From NCBI GenBank assembly GCA_040901795.1, contig JBBDYH010000123.1, positions 8,569-72,568 of the forward strand: a DNA stretch of 64,000 nucleotides. Reading direction: 5' to 3'. The notes beneath the pieces are model-generated. The model was given only the letters and a program-made list of their open reading frames with translations, was not told where the DNA came from and did no database searches. The position numbers and the translations under genes are program-made. This DNA comes from Pirellulales bacterium (GTDB taxonomy: Bacteria; Planctomycetota; Planctomycetia; Pirellulales; JALHPA01). Below are positions 18,201 to 28,375 of this stretch, piece after piece (within the stretch, counting starts at the first letter, position 1; each line of letters starts with the position of its first letter).

Positions 18201-19445
18201 TTAATCCGACCCGACCCCGCCCAGGCCCAGCAGCCTGCGGTACGACAGGCTAAACAGCGACGGGATGATCCGGTCGAACGTCCGGCGGCTCCACCAGGCT
18301 GCATCCGGGTTCAGATAGATAATGTCCCCCGCCGCCACCAGCAGGTTCTCCCGGTAGTCGTAGCGCGCCTTGATCAGATCGACCAGGATCAACAGCGGCC
18401 TGCCGTCCGGCGCCATGCGGTGAACCGTGACCGTTGTCGGCGAATCGATCGGGTCGATGTATCCCGCCATTGCGACCGCCGTAACCACATCAATCTCACG
18501 GTTCCGCGGCAATACGTAGCCGGCGCCCAATTCGCGTTCGTCCTTGCCGACGCTAAAGCGAACCGCCTGCGTTGGGCTCAGCTTGCCGACGACGAAAAAC
18601 ACCTCGTCGCGGCGGCTCGGCACGACCACCAGGTCGCCCGGCTGCAGCACAATGTCGTGAGCGGCCAATGGCTGCTGCGGAAACCCTCGCAGCGGAATGC
18701 GCAACACCTGCAAGCTGGGATCGACAAATTGCAGCGGACCGAATGGGCACTCTTCAACGGGAGGCAATGGCGTGATTGCCTCGGGCGAAGACAGGGGCGC
18801 GGGGATCATCTCCAGTTGCATTTGCAAGGGCGCTGTAACACGCCGATGGATTTCGATTTCCAAGCCCGCGTTGGGACTCAAGCCGCCGGCGGCAGCCAGC
18901 GCATGTGCAACGTCATTCTCATACTTCGGCAATCGATACGCCCCGGGAGCGTTTACCTCTCCCAAAACCATCACGCCCGTCATGCTCCGTTCGAAGAGAA
19001 AGATACTAACGTCCGGTTGCTTGATCAGCTCCATGTCTCCGTAGGCCTTGACGACGGCCTCCTGCGCCTGCACCACGCTCAGTCCTCCGACGCGCAAACC
19101 ACCCACCATGGGCAATTGAATTTCCCCATTGCTCATCACGGCGACCCGGACGATCGTCGGTGCGGGCTCCTCGGGATTGAGCCGGTAGAGCGTGACCTCG
19201 AGAATGTCGCCGGGACCGAGTACGTAATCTGGCTGCGGCGGGATAGTCAAACCGGCCAGGTTGAGCGGCGGCGCGGCCGTCCGCCAGGGCACGCGGAAGG
19301 TCTCGGGCAGATTCGCCGCCGGAACGCCATACGACCGCAACGGAGCGTAACAGCCGGCACAGACCGCAAGGGTTAACAATGCAAGCCCGGCGTAACCTCG
19401 CAGCGAGGCGCGTGGTACGCGAGCTGTTACCGGCGCAAGTGTCAT
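18201..19445 (-). CDS. Polysaccharide export protein (Wza-like, Poly_export + SLBB)
   Basis: Signal/lipoprotein-like N-terminus. Motifs YVLGPGDILEVTLY and LQPGDLVVVP, plus repeated SLBB-like segments. Confidence 0.8.
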   Translation of the reverse strand: MTLAPVTARVPRASLRGYAGLALLTLAVCAGCYAPLRSYGVPAANLPETFRVPWRTAAPPLNLAGLTIPPQPDYVLGPGDILEVTLYRLNPEEPAPTIVRVAVMSNGEIQLPMVGGLRVGGLSVVQAQEAVVKAYGDMELIKQPDVSIFLFERSMTGVMVLGEVNAPGAYRLPKYENDVAHALAAAGGLSPNAGLEIEIHRRVTAPLQMQLEMIPAPLSSPEAITPLPPVEECPFGPLQFVDPSLQVLRIPLRGFPQQPLAAHDIVLQPGDLVVVPSRRDEVFFVVGKLSPTQAVRFSVGKDERELGAGYVLPRNREIDVVTAVAMAGYIDPIDSPTTVTVHRMAPDGRPLLILVDLIKARYDYRENLLVAAGDIIYLNPDAAWWSRRTFDRIIPSLFSLSYRRLLGLGGVGSD

Positions 19446-19725
19446 GGTGATCCTTCACCGTAAGCCAAATGGAAATCCGCCCTTGTGCTCCGGCCCCTAG
19501 CGCGAGGGGGCGCATGCTTTCGGCGGCATAAACCATTATCCCGTTGCTCGTGTATCGACCCTCTCGCCAGGACCGCTGAGCAATTTGCGACCAGCCGGCA
19601 TATTCCGGGAAACGTTCACAGCCGGCATCTTTGGAGCGGCCCGTACAGATTACGGAGCGCCGAAGAGAACAGGCTCACCCAGCTCTCCAACACTCGGCCG
19701 GGAACCAATGCCGCGGAGCGAACGC

Positions 19726-19754
19726 TTGACGCGAATGGTCGGGTCGCCTACAGT
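19726..19754 (+). promoter_or_regulatory. Putative sigma70-type promoter of the GntR-ABC operon
   Basis: TTGACG (19726-19731), 17-nt spacer, TACAGT (19749-19754). About 48 nt upstream of ATG 19802. Confidence 0.5.
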
Positions 19755-19770
19755 ACTATCACGGTAGTAC
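19753..19770. promoter_or_regulatory. Palindromic candidate operator GTACTA-N6-TAGTAC overlapping the -10 element
   Basis: Perfect 6-bp inverted repeat with a 6-nt spacer, immediately upstream of a GntR-family gene (classic autoregulation layout). Confidence 0.5.
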
Positions 19771-19801
19771 AGCTTCTCGCACTCGCCTGAGATCGGATTC
19801 C

Positions 19802-20194
19802 ATGCTTCTGCACGTCGATGTCGGTAACGGATTGGCGGTTTACGATCAAATCGTCCGGCAGATGAAATTTGCCGTGGCCGACGGCGCACTCCGCAGCGGC
19901 GAACTGGTGCCCAGCGTGCGGGAATTGGCCCGCGATCTGGCGATCAACCCGAACACGGTCGCGCGGGCGTATCGCCAGTTGCAGGAGGACGGCGTGCTGG
20001 AGACCGTACGCGGGATGGGGCTATCCGTAGCCGCGGCCGCGCGGCGGCATTGCCAGGCGGAGCGCACTAAGCTGATCCGCTCCCGGCTGCGGCTCGCGCT
20101 CGAGGAGGCGCTGCATAGCGGATTGGAGGCGACTGACGTGGAAAGCCTGATGCAAACCGAGCTGGCGACCGTTTGCCGCGCAAAACAGAAATAG
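19802..20194 (+). CDS. GntR-family transcriptional regulator, YtrA-like (short, no effector domain)
   Basis: Winged HTH: LVPSVRELARDLAINPNTVARAYRQLQEDGVLETVRGMG. 130 aa. Confidence 0.85.
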   Translation: MLLHVDVGNGLAVYDQIVRQMKFAVADGALRSGELVPSVRELARDLAINPNTVARAYRQLQEDGVLETVRGMGLSVAAAARRHCQAERTKLIRSRLRLALEEALHSGLEATDVESLMQTELATVCRAKQK

Positions 20195-20247
20195 TCTGAT
20201 CGACTCAACTATTCGCATTTAATGAGCCGTCCTACGTCGGAGCACCC

Positions 20248-21183
20248 ATGTCCACAGTGATTCAATTAGCGGACGTGACCAAACAATTTGGCCGCACGAC
20301 GGCGCTTGACAGTGTCTCCTTGGAAGTGCCGTCCGGTGTGGTGTTCGCGCTACTGGGAGAGAACGGCGCTGGCAAGACCACCGCGATTCGCTTGATGCTC
20401 GGGTTGACGGAAGGGACGACGGGCGAGGTCCGCGTGCTCGGACTCGACAGCCGGCGCGACGGGTTGGAGATCCGGCGCCGTGTCGGCTATTTGCCCGAGC
20501 GACCGACACTCTACGAGTGGATGACCGCGGCGGAGATTGGCTGGTTTACGGCCGGCTTCTACGGCGATGGCTTCGAGCATCAATACCGTACGCTGATCGA
20601 GGGATTCCGCGTGCCGCTGGACCGCAAACTCAGCCAGTTATCGAAGGGGATGCGGGCCAAGGTGGCGTTGTCGCTGGCGATGGCGCATTCGCCCGAACTC
20701 TTGATCCTCGATGAGCCGACATCGGGCCTCGACACCATGGTTCGCCGCGAGTTTTTGGAGAGCATGGTTGATATTGCCGCCGCAGGGCGAACCGTGCTGT
20801 TATCCAGCCATCAGATCGGGGAAGTCGAACGCGTTGCCGATATCGTGGCAATCGTGCACGCCGGCCGGCTGCTGGTGGTCGAACGGCTCGACGAATTTAA
20901 GCGAACGACGCGGCAATTGACGATCACGGTGAATGAAAGCACGTCGCCCTTACCGCCGATCGATGGCCAGATGATTTATCAGCGGCGGCGCGGCCGGCAA
21001 TGGGACGTCCTCATTCGTGGCCTCGACGAAGTCGCTGTCGAGCAACTGCGGTTTGCGGAAAACATCTTGGCGATCGAGTCGCGGACCCCGTCGCTGGAAG
21101 AGATTTTTGTGGCTTACGTGACCGGCGGCCCGCAACAGCCCGCGGACGTCACTCGCAACGTGTCAGTCGGCTTGTTCAGTTAA
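20248..21183 (+). CDS. ABC transporter ATP-binding protein
   Basis: Walker A GENGAGKTT, signature LSKGMRAKVAL, Walker B LLILDEPTSGLD. Confidence 0.9.
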   Translation: MSTVIQLADVTKQFGRTTALDSVSLEVPSGVVFALLGENGAGKTTAIRLMLGLTEGTTGEVRVLGLDSRRDGLEIRRRVGYLPERPTLYEWMTAAEIGWFTAGFYGDGFEHQYRTLIEGFRVPLDRKLSQLSKGMRAKVALSLAMAHSPELLILDEPTSGLDTMVRREFLESMVDIAAAGRTVLLSSHQIGEVERVADIVAIVHAGRLLVVERLDEFKRTTRQLTITVNESTSPLPPIDGQMIYQRRRGRQWDVLIRGLDEVAVEQLRFAENILAIESRTPSLEEIFVAYVTGGPQQPADVTRNVSVGLFS

Positions 21184-21215
21184 ATGACGGCGACAATGGA
21201 ACGGAGCGCGTCTCG

Positions 21216-24200
21216 ATGAGTATCGCAACCATCAACCCTGCGACGGCCGCCGCCAAGGTCCCCACTCGCGCGATCGTCCGCCGTTTTGTCTGGAAAGAGC
21301 TCCGCGTGCTCGTCGCGTTGTGGCTGGCAGTTGTGGTCTTGGGAGTGATCATCCAAGCAGCGGTCAACATTCTGAGTCCACCCTCGGCAGACCATCCCGC
21401 GCTGCTGTTGTCCACGGCGTTGGCGGCTGCCGTGCTTTACGCGGTCGGGGCTGCCGCAACCACGTTTTCGGTCGAGCATGAGGAGGAAACCTACGGTTTT
21501 CTCGTTGGTTTGCCGACGACCTGGTGGCCGGTGTATATGGGCAAATTAGAGGTCGTGGCCGGAAGCGCCATCGCGCTGGCCGGCTGCTTGTCGCTCATCG
21601 GCTGGATGGTAAGCGGCTTTGACACACCCGGCGCTCGTGATTCCTGGATTATCGTTGGACTATTCGGGATAGCAATTCTGGAGGGAATCGCTTGGGGGAC
21701 GCTGTTTTCCATTCTGCTCAAGCGGCCGCTAACGGCGGCGATCCTTACGCTCGTAGTGGCCACGGCGGCAGTTAATTTGGCGGTGTACCTAACTTCCTGG
21801 TATCCAGGCGCGAACCTCAAACCAATCGCCTATGCCGAGGCGTTCCCGTTGCGGCTGGCCATTGTCGCCGTCGTACTCGTTTGCGGCGCGCTGGTTGCGC
21901 GGCGCTGGTTGACGGTCGGCGAGTCGCCCGATCGCACGACTAACGATCGTGCTCGCTTTTGGTGGAGGATGTTGCCAACACGTATCGCCGGCCGTTTCTG
22001 GTCCCGTGCGGTTTCACTGCCATCACCCCCCCGGGGCAAAGTGATGGCCCGGCTGCTGTGGCAAACTTGGCGCGATTCCGGGAAGTTGCTGGCGTTGCCG
22101 ATTGGCATCGCGGCGGTACTGGTGGCCGGAACCGCGGCTGCAATCATACTCACCCATCCAGCCAAGGAAATTCACAATGCCGTGTGGACTTCGACGATCT
22201 TATTCGTTCCCGCCTTATATGGCGCGATGGCGTTCTCGGCCGATCAGCGGCGCGGAAGCTATCGCTTTCTGGCGGAGCACGCGGCGCGGCCACGCTATGT
22301 CTGGCTGGCGCGGCATGTCGTGTGGCTCGGAACGGTCATCCTTTTGTCGCTGGCGCTTTGGCTTATCTTCACGGCGTTCGTTGCGTTTGTTATTCAGTTT
22401 CTCTTCCAGCGAGATCTGGAGGATTATGTCCGGTGGGGCAGCATGCCGGAAATCGGCTTCCAACTGCCCCATCAAACACTTTCCGCAATCTCGGTCGTGA
22501 GTTTCACCTGGTATGGAGTATTCGCGGCCTACGCCGTGGGTCAGTTCTGCTCGATGCTCTTGCGAAGTGAGATCCTGGCCGCGTTTATCGCGCTGGTGGT
22601 GTCAGTTCTTATCTGCGCCTGGGCCGCTGTGCTGTTTGCCTGGCAGCTTAGTGGCGCGATGTTTCTGCTTCCCGTGGCGGCCGCGTTGATGTTCGCCACC
22701 TGGCTTCGCGCCCCGGATTGGCTTGCCGAGCGAAATTCGTGGCGCGCGTGGTTAACACCTGCATTGGCTGTAGCGGCAACGCTGGTCGTCACCGGGATCG
22801 CCTTGCCGTATGCGCGACTAGCGCAAATCGATAATCAACCAACGCTCCCGACACAACTCTACATGCGCTCGGAGCCATCTACGATCGACGTCGAATCGCT
22901 CGTCGCAGCGCACCGCGCACGTGCCACGCCCGAAGCGCGCGAGACGGCGGCGATGTACTTGCGGGCCGTCGAAGCGCTTTACTCGTGGGAAGCGAACGAC
23001 CCGCTGGAGCGGTGGCGGAAGTCGGAAAACGCTCAAAACTCGAGCACCAGCGCGATCGGTTTCGATGAAGCGAAGATCCCGCCTGACCAGCAAGCAGCAT
23101 TTCTCAAGGCGAAAGAGCGGTGGTCGGAATTGGTAAGTGTGTCACGAGCCGCGGCGGTGAAGCTGGCGATCGAGGCCAGTTCGCGGCCGACGTGCCATTT
23201 CGAATTCGACGTCGACGAAATTCCGGTGGGCCCAATCGGATTTGAGGGACAATTGGGTCTTGATTCCTACCGTTTCTACATGCGGTTCAACGAACTGCTC
23301 AGCGCTCTATGGGCAGACGCGCCAGAGACGCAGTTTGACCATCTGCTCGCTGCGCTCCGGATGAGCGTCCACTTGCGTGCCGGCCAGCCTTCAGTGGTCG
23401 TCCTTGATCAGCTTGAAAAGGAAAAGTCGATTCTCCAGCAGATCGGCGCTTGGGCCGCGAGGGACAATCGGACAAACGGCGAACGGCGCATCGCGATCGG
23501 ACAACTTATCGACTACTTCCGCAGGTTGCCGTGGTTGCCTGAGACCGTGATTGCCGACCACGTGTTGATGACCAATGTGCTGCGGGGTCACACACCGTCA
23601 TTAGTGTTGGCCAAAAAACACCAGTCGCCGCTCGATCATTTGGCCTATCTGGCGAACCAATTGCCCTGGGAGCGCGAGCGGGCATTATTGGCCCTAAACG
23701 CAATCACGCGGCAAAATGTCAGTGACGCCGATGCGCTCGAAGTTAATCTGCCGACGTTGTATGCTTCTAGGCTCGATAGCCTCTTTGCGCGCCGTTGGTT
23801 GCGGCCGAGGTACGCGTCCGGCTGGACGGAAAAGTGGTTGATCGCCCAGCCTGCCGCGGCGACAAGTTATCTCGCTCGGCTGGAGTACCAAACCCGCGTG
23901 CCGGTGCACGAGTTCTATCGCGCTTATTTCAACAGCCAAACGTATCGGCGGGCAGCGTTGCTCCGAATTGCGCTGGCCATGTTTCGACGCGATCACGGCG
24001 CCTATCCAACCCTGCTGACCGAACTCGTACCTGATTACCTGGACCAGGTGCCTCTCGATCCGTTTTCCGGCCAGCAATTCGTATATCGAGCAGCGGGCCT
24101 TGAGCTGCCTTTGCATCGCCGGAATTGGTCGAACTTTGAACGGATTGAGGCCAATACACCGCTGTTCTGGAGCGTCGGCGCCGGCAACGCTCGACTAGAG

Positions 24201-24344
24201 GAATGGGAACGCGAAGTATCCGAAGAGGACGAGAATGATTTGTCACGCGACACGAAGGTGATAAAAGAAACCGTCTACGTGCTAGACAGCGAAATACCGC
24301 CTTGGTCGACCGAGCCAGCGTTTGCTTTCCCCTTGGCGAAGTAA
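21216..24344 (+). CDS. Large polytopic membrane protein (ABC-2-permease-like N-terminal half) with about 480-aa C-terminal soluble region ending in a GspG/pseudopilin-like motif
   Basis: ATG 21216 with GGAG upstream, 32 nt after the ATPase stop. Many hydrophobic helices in the first ~560 aa. C-terminus reads ALAMFRRDHGAYPTLLTELVPDYLDQVPLDPFSGQQFVYR. Confidence 0.75.
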   Translation: MSIATINPATAAAKVPTRAIVRRFVWKELRVLVALWLAVVVLGVIIQAAVNILSPPSADHPALLLSTALAAAVLYAVGAAATTFSVEHEEETYGFLVGLPTTWWPVYMGKLEVVAGSAIALAGCLSLIGWMVSGFDTPGARDSWIIVGLFGIAILEGIAWGTLFSILLKRPLTAAILTLVVATAAVNLAVYLTSWYPGANLKPIAYAEAFPLRLAIVAVVLVCGALVARRWLTVGESPDRTTNDRARFWWRMLPTRIAGRFWSRAVSLPSPPRGKVMARLLWQTWRDSGKLLALPIGIAAVLVAGTAAAIILTHPAKEIHNAVWTSTILFVPALYGAMAFSADQRRGSYRFLAEHAARPRYVWLARHVVWLGTVILLSLALWLIFTAFVAFVIQFLFQRDLEDYVRWGSMPEIGFQLPHQTLSAISVVSFTWYGVFAAYAVGQFCSMLLRSEILAAFIALVVSVLICAWAAVLFAWQLSGAMFLLPVAAALMFATWLRAPDWLAERNSWRAWLTPALAVAATLVVTGIALPYARLAQIDNQPTLPTQLYMRSEPSTIDVESLVAAHRARATPEARETAAMYLRAVEALYSWEANDPLERWRKSENAQNSSTSAIGFDEAKIPPDQQAAFLKAKERWSELVSVSRAAAVKLAIEASSRPTCHFEFDVDEIPVGPIGFEGQLGLDSYRFYMRFNELLSALWADAPETQFDHLLAALRMSVHLRAGQPSVVVLDQLEKEKSILQQIGAWAARDNRTNGERRIAIGQLIDYFRRLPWLPETVIADHVLMTNVLRGHTPSLVLAKKHQSPLDHLAYLANQLPWERERALLALNAITRQNVSDADALEVNLPTLYASRLDSLFARRWLRPRYASGWTEKWLIAQPAAATSYLARLEYQTRVPVHEFYRAYFNSQTYRRAALLRIALAMFRRDHGAYPTLLTELVPDYLDQVPLDPFSGQQFVYRAAGLELPLHRRNWSNFERIEANTPLFWSVGAGNARLEEWEREVSEEDENDLSRDTKVIKETVYVLDSEIPPWSTEPAFAFPLAK

Positions 24345-24390
24345 AGTCGAACAATGAGCAATGCCTGATCTCGCAAACGTGGCGGATTGA

Positions 24391-25458
24391 CTAGGGGCGC
24401 AGCCATTCATCGAGATGCACGGCGACAAAGGCATCATCGATAAGATGCGGATAGGCTCGGCAGACGCGGTCGATCTCCTCGGCCTGACCCGCGCTCAGCG
24501 TCTCATCCGGATCCAGACACCAAACGCCTGCGAACAGTCCCTGCCGGCGAAGAACTTCATGCACGCCGGCAATGCAACCGGCAAAGCCGTTCGCGGCATC
24601 GAACACCGCGGCGTTGCAATCGGTCACTTCGACGCCCCGCTGCAACAGTTCCGCCGGAATGCTGTTGCCTGCTGCCGCCGCCTGGCAAGCTCGCAGAAGT
24701 TCGACTGCCTTGCTCGTCCAGACAGCCCAATGACCCAGCAGCCCGCCAACCATCCGCAATCGGTTGCCTGATCCATCGCCCCTCGATTGGGAAAGAGGAT
24801 ACCGAGTTAGCAAATCCGCCACGATGTTGTCGTCGTTGCCCGTATATAGCGCCACATCGTCCCGTTGGGCATCGGCCACCGCCCGCATAACATCGAGGGT
24901 CTGGTAACGATTGAACGGCGCGATTTTGATGGCCACCACGTTGTCGATTTCGAGAAACCGCCGCCAGAAGCGGTACGAGAGCATTTGCCCCCCGACCGCC
25001 GGCTGAAGATAAAAGCCAACCAGCGGGGTCACGGTCGCCAATTCGTGGCAATGAGCGATCAACGCCTCATCGCTCGCATCGCGCAACGCCGCCAGGCTAA
25101 CCAAGGCAGCATGATAGCCAAGGCCGCGAATCAATTCCGCCTCCGCCACCGCCTGTCGAGTGTGGCCACACACACCTCCGATCCACACCAGCAGGCGAGG
25201 ACTCTTGCTCAACTCCTCCGCCACCAGCGACAGGACCGGCTCGAACAAGCCAACCGCGGGGTCGCGGATGGCGAACTGCGTGGTATGCACGCCCACGGCG
25301 AGGCCGCCCGCGCCGGCGGCGATGTAATAGCGACACAGCGCCCTTTGACGGCGCTCATCGAGACGGCGCTCTTTCGTCAAGGCCAGCGGACATGCCGGAA
25401 TCACCACCCCCCGTCGCAGTAGATCGCGCGTCGTCGGGTCCATATTTATTAGTCCCAT
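24391..25458 (-). CDS. Dihydrodipicolinate synthase/class I aldolase family protein
   Basis: TIM-barrel aldolase-like motifs GVHTTQF, GFYLQP and VVAIKIAP (candidate Schiff-base Lys). 355 aa. Confidence 0.6.
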   Translation of the reverse strand: MGLINMDPTTRDLLRRGVVIPACPLALTKERRLDERRQRALCRYYIAAGAGGLAVGVHTTQFAIRDPAVGLFEPVLSLVAEELSKSPRLLVWIGGVCGHTRQAVAEAELIRGLGYHAALVSLAALRDASDEALIAHCHELATVTPLVGFYLQPAVGGQMLSYRFWRRFLEIDNVVAIKIAPFNRYQTLDVMRAVADAQRDDVALYTGNDDNIVADLLTRYPLSQSRGDGSGNRLRMVGGLLGHWAVWTSKAVELLRACQAAAAGNSIPAELLQRGVEVTDCNAAVFDAANGFAGCIAGVHEVLRRQGLFAGVWCLDPDETLSAGQAEEIDRVCRAYPHLIDDAFVAVHLDEWLRP

Positions 25459-25543
25459 TCACAGAACGGAACGATTGTGTGCCACTGCTCGCCGCGAGCA
25501 GTGCCACGACCGGCAAAAGTGGCGATTTGTTAGGAGTTCTTCG

Positions 25544-26587
25544 TCAGAAGTTTCCCTCGCGGACCTGAAAATGGGTTGGCTTATCGAGGCTTTCACCGCC
25601 CCGTCGCACCCACTCGGCAATCCACTCGACCATCTGCCGCGCGCTGGCGCGCGGGTAGCCGAACAAGTGGTGCGCAAGCTGTGCATTGCTCAAGAGTGCG
25701 TCGGCAGCTTCGTGCCCGCGAAGCGTAACCCGTTTTCCCAACAGCCGCCCGAAATCCTCCGCCACGCGCCGCACGCTCAACAGCTCCGGCCCGGCGAGGT
25801 TCAGCACCCGCGGCGGAGTCGCGAGATGATCGAACGACTGTAGCACCATCGCGTTGGCGTCGGCCTGCCAGATCGCGTTAAAGCTACCCATATCGAGTTC
25901 GACCGGCTGCTCGTTCCAGACCGCGCGGGCCAGGTCCGACAAAACGCCATAGCGCAGCTCGTTGGCATAGTTGAGCCGCAACAATGCCATGGGAATGCCC
26001 AGCGCACGGCTAAAATGCTCGAAGATCCGCTCGCGACCCACGGCGCTCATCGCGTACTCCCCCACCGGGCGAAGCGAATCGCTCTCGACCGAGCCGCCCT
26101 GTACCACCGGAGACAGACCATAGACGTTTCCGCTGGAGAGAGCCGCGATCCGGCTGCTTGCGAATCGCTGGCAGACCATGCCGGGCAAATACGCGTTCAT
26201 CATCCACGTCATCGCTTCGTTGCCCGTCGAGCCGAACTTCATGCCGGTCATGAAAATCACGTGGGGCGCGTCGGGAAGCTCTTTAAGCTGGGCCGGATTG
26301 GTGAGATCGCAGCGAATCGTTTCGACCCCCTGGGCCGTAAGCCGCGACTCCAATCCGGTCGACGAGAATCGCGAAACTCCGATCACGCGCACCCGCGCGC
26401 CGGCCGCGTCGGCGGCGCGCCGCGCCATGCGGGCGAGCGTGGGTCCCATTTTGCCCCCGACACCCAACAGCATCAGGTCCCCGTCGAGCCGGCCCAAGCT
26501 CTCAATCGCGCCGCTCGACGGTTGGCTGAGCAGGTCTTCGAGCTGCTCGACGTTGTCGATCGCGTCCGCGGTTTCACCGTATTTCAT
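25544..26587 (-). CDS. NAD-dependent epimerase/dehydratase family protein
   Basis: Rossmann motif LLGVGGKMGPTL. ATG 26587 (MKYGETAD...) preferred over the track start 26731. Same strand as, and 85 nt from, the aldolase-family gene. Confidence 0.7.
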   Translation of the reverse strand: MKYGETADAIDNVEQLEDLLSQPSSGAIESLGRLDGDLMLLGVGGKMGPTLARMARRAADAAGARVRVIGVSRFSSTGLESRLTAQGVETIRCDLTNPAQLKELPDAPHVIFMTGMKFGSTGNEAMTWMMNAYLPGMVCQRFASSRIAALSSGNVYGLSPVVQGGSVESDSLRPVGEYAMSAVGRERIFEHFSRALGIPMALLRLNYANELRYGVLSDLARAVWNEQPVELDMGSFNAIWQADANAMVLQSFDHLATPPRVLNLAGPELLSVRRVAEDFGRLLGKRVTLRGHEAADALLSNAQLAHHLFGYPRASARQMVEWIAEWVRRGGESLDKPTHFQVREGNF

Positions 26588-26929
26588 GACGACTGTCGCT
26601 GTTTTGATCGATTTCGGGCTTGAATTAGAGTCTGCCTCGCGTCGCCGTTCAACCCTCGCCCTGCCAAGGCTGGCCGCGGAAAATCGCGAATCGAAACCAA
26701 CGAAACTGGACTTTTCCGCCAGATTCGTCACAATGATAACCGGCGGGTGAGTGCCGGCTTAGGACCGTGGGCCCGGTCATCGCTGGCATGCACGCGCCGC
26801 GGAGCAGATCGGTTGCGTGGCCATTCAGCTTCGCCCCCAGGGCGCGGCTGGGTCATGGGCTGCTCCGTCATCAGTCCGATCCGGAGGCGCTCTTTTCTAT
26901 CTGGCATTCGCCGTCAAGGAGATCAAGTC

Positions 26930-27880
26930 ATGGCCCATCGCAGACATCCAGGCTTTACGCTCGTCGAGCTGTTGGTGGTCATCACCATCATCGGCATGTT
27001 AATGGCGCTGGTCCTTCCGGCGATCAACGCTGTGCGGGAAAACGCACGCCGCACTTCGTGTGCGAACAACATGGATCAGATCGCCTTGGGTGCAATCAGT
27101 TATGCAACCAATCGAGGTACGTTTCCTGGATACCGAGGCAATCGGGCGGGCTCAGGCAGCCAGGTCGAGGCATCCTGGTTTGTGGCGATCGCTCCGCAGC
27201 TTGAGCAAGGGGTCATCAAAGACCGCTATGACGTGTTGCTCCAGAATCCGATGCAGATTCCGTATGTCGCCTTTGCCACTTGCCCCAGCGACGCTCCAGA
27301 GCAGCTTACGCCGATGCCGAACAATCCCATCAGCCACTTGGCATATGTAGTGAATGCCGGGCGACTGGATCCCAGAACGTTCAACGCGAATAATCCCTCG
27401 CCGCCCGATTATGAGGCCAATGGAGTGTTTCATGACCTGCGGCATCTCAAGTCACCGAAGGTCAGTACTACGATGAAGGATGGCGCCAGCAATACTCTGA
27501 TGTTGACCGAAAATATTAACGCCACCAAATGGACTGCACTCGATGAGCTGGAAATCACGTTCATCTTCGACCACAGTCCGAATAGCCTAGACCCGAACAC
27601 CGGAGATATTAAGCAGGGAGTCGTGGGGCGTCGCATCAATGACAACAAGAACAATCCAGGAGCGATTCCACGTCCCTCGAGCAACCATCCAGGCGGCGTG
27701 AACGTCGCATTTTGCAACGGGACTACGATGTTCTTGCGAGAAGACATCCACTACCGGGTTTTGCAGCAGCTTATGACGCCCGACGGGTACCATCCAGCTT
27801 GCGAGGTGCCGGGCAATGCCAATGACCCGAGGACGAACAAAGGCTACATCCTCAACGCCGCCGATTATACGAACCAGTAG
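26930..27880 (+). CDS. DUF1559 protein with prepilin-type N-terminal leader
   Basis: Leader MAHRRHPG|FTLVELLVVITIIGML. C-terminal H-x9-NG variant of the H-X9-DG motif (SNHPGGVNVAFCNGTTMFL). The track start 26747 is an upstream extension. Confidence 0.9.
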   Translation: MAHRRHPGFTLVELLVVITIIGMLMALVLPAINAVRENARRTSCANNMDQIALGAISYATNRGTFPGYRGNRAGSGSQVEASWFVAIAPQLEQGVIKDRYDVLLQNPMQIPYVAFATCPSDAPEQLTPMPNNPISHLAYVVNAGRLDPRTFNANNPSPPDYEANGVFHDLRHLKSPKVSTTMKDGASNTLMLTENINATKWTALDELEITFIFDHSPNSLDPNTGDIKQGVVGRRINDNKNNPGAIPRPSSNHPGGVNVAFCNGTTMFLREDIHYRVLQQLMTPDGYHPACEVPGNANDPRTNKGYILNAADYTNQ

Positions 27881-27881
27881 A

Positions 27882-27904
27882 GTTGGAGTTCAAGCTTTAG
27901 CTTG
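27882..27904 (+). repeat. R23 repeat unit, exact consensus, 1 nt after the DUF1559 stop
   Basis: GTTGGAGTTCAAGCTTTAGCTTG. Confidence 0.9.
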
Positions 27905-28004
27905 ATCGCCGGTGGCACGCGCTGAGTCGAACGGCGTGTTGTGATTGCCACACCGGCGCGGTGGTTCAAACGTTCGTACCCAGCTCCCACCTTTTGAATT
28001 GACG

Positions 28005-28373
28005 TCATTGCTTGCGCTTTGCCCGCGCCGTCTTGTTGGCCGTCGCGTCGAGTGCGCGCTGGAGCTTATCGACGGTAGGCAGGCTAGGCGTGTGTTTGCC
28101 TTGCTCTAGCCGATTGACGGTTTCCGTCCGCACGCCGGCGCGGCGGGCCAACTCGGCTTGCGACCAGCCGAGCGCGCGCCGCTTCTCGATCAGTTTCTGG
28201 CCCAAAACCGCCCGAGCCGCTTCAATTGCCGGATAGTTGCCTCGCTTATCAGGCAACGGCAATTGCGGTCCGGCGGCCCCTTCACCCGTCTGGTGCAGCC
28301 GCAAATACTCCGCCTCCGGCAAAATGACAAATCGTTGGCCGGCAAGTGTTATCGTAGTCGTCAACTCTTGCAT
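28005..28373 (-). CDS. XRE-family HTH protein with Phd/YefM-like N-terminal segment (antitoxin-like)
   Basis: HTH LGWSQAELARRAGVRTETVNRLEQGKHTPS. N-terminus ITLAGQRFVILPEAEYLRL. ATG 28373 (GTG 28379 is an alternative). Confidence 0.75.
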   Translation of the reverse strand: MQELTTTITLAGQRFVILPEAEYLRLHQTGEGAAGPQLPLPDKRGNYPAIEAARAVLGQKLIEKRRALGWSQAELARRAGVRTETVNRLEQGKHTPSLPTVDKLQRALDATANKTARAKRKQ

Positions 28374-28375
28374 GT

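Noticed and set aside
21000-21215. Upstream extension of the large membrane protein
   Set aside because: It overlaps the 3' end of the ABC ATPase gene. ATG 21216 has a GGAG upstream.
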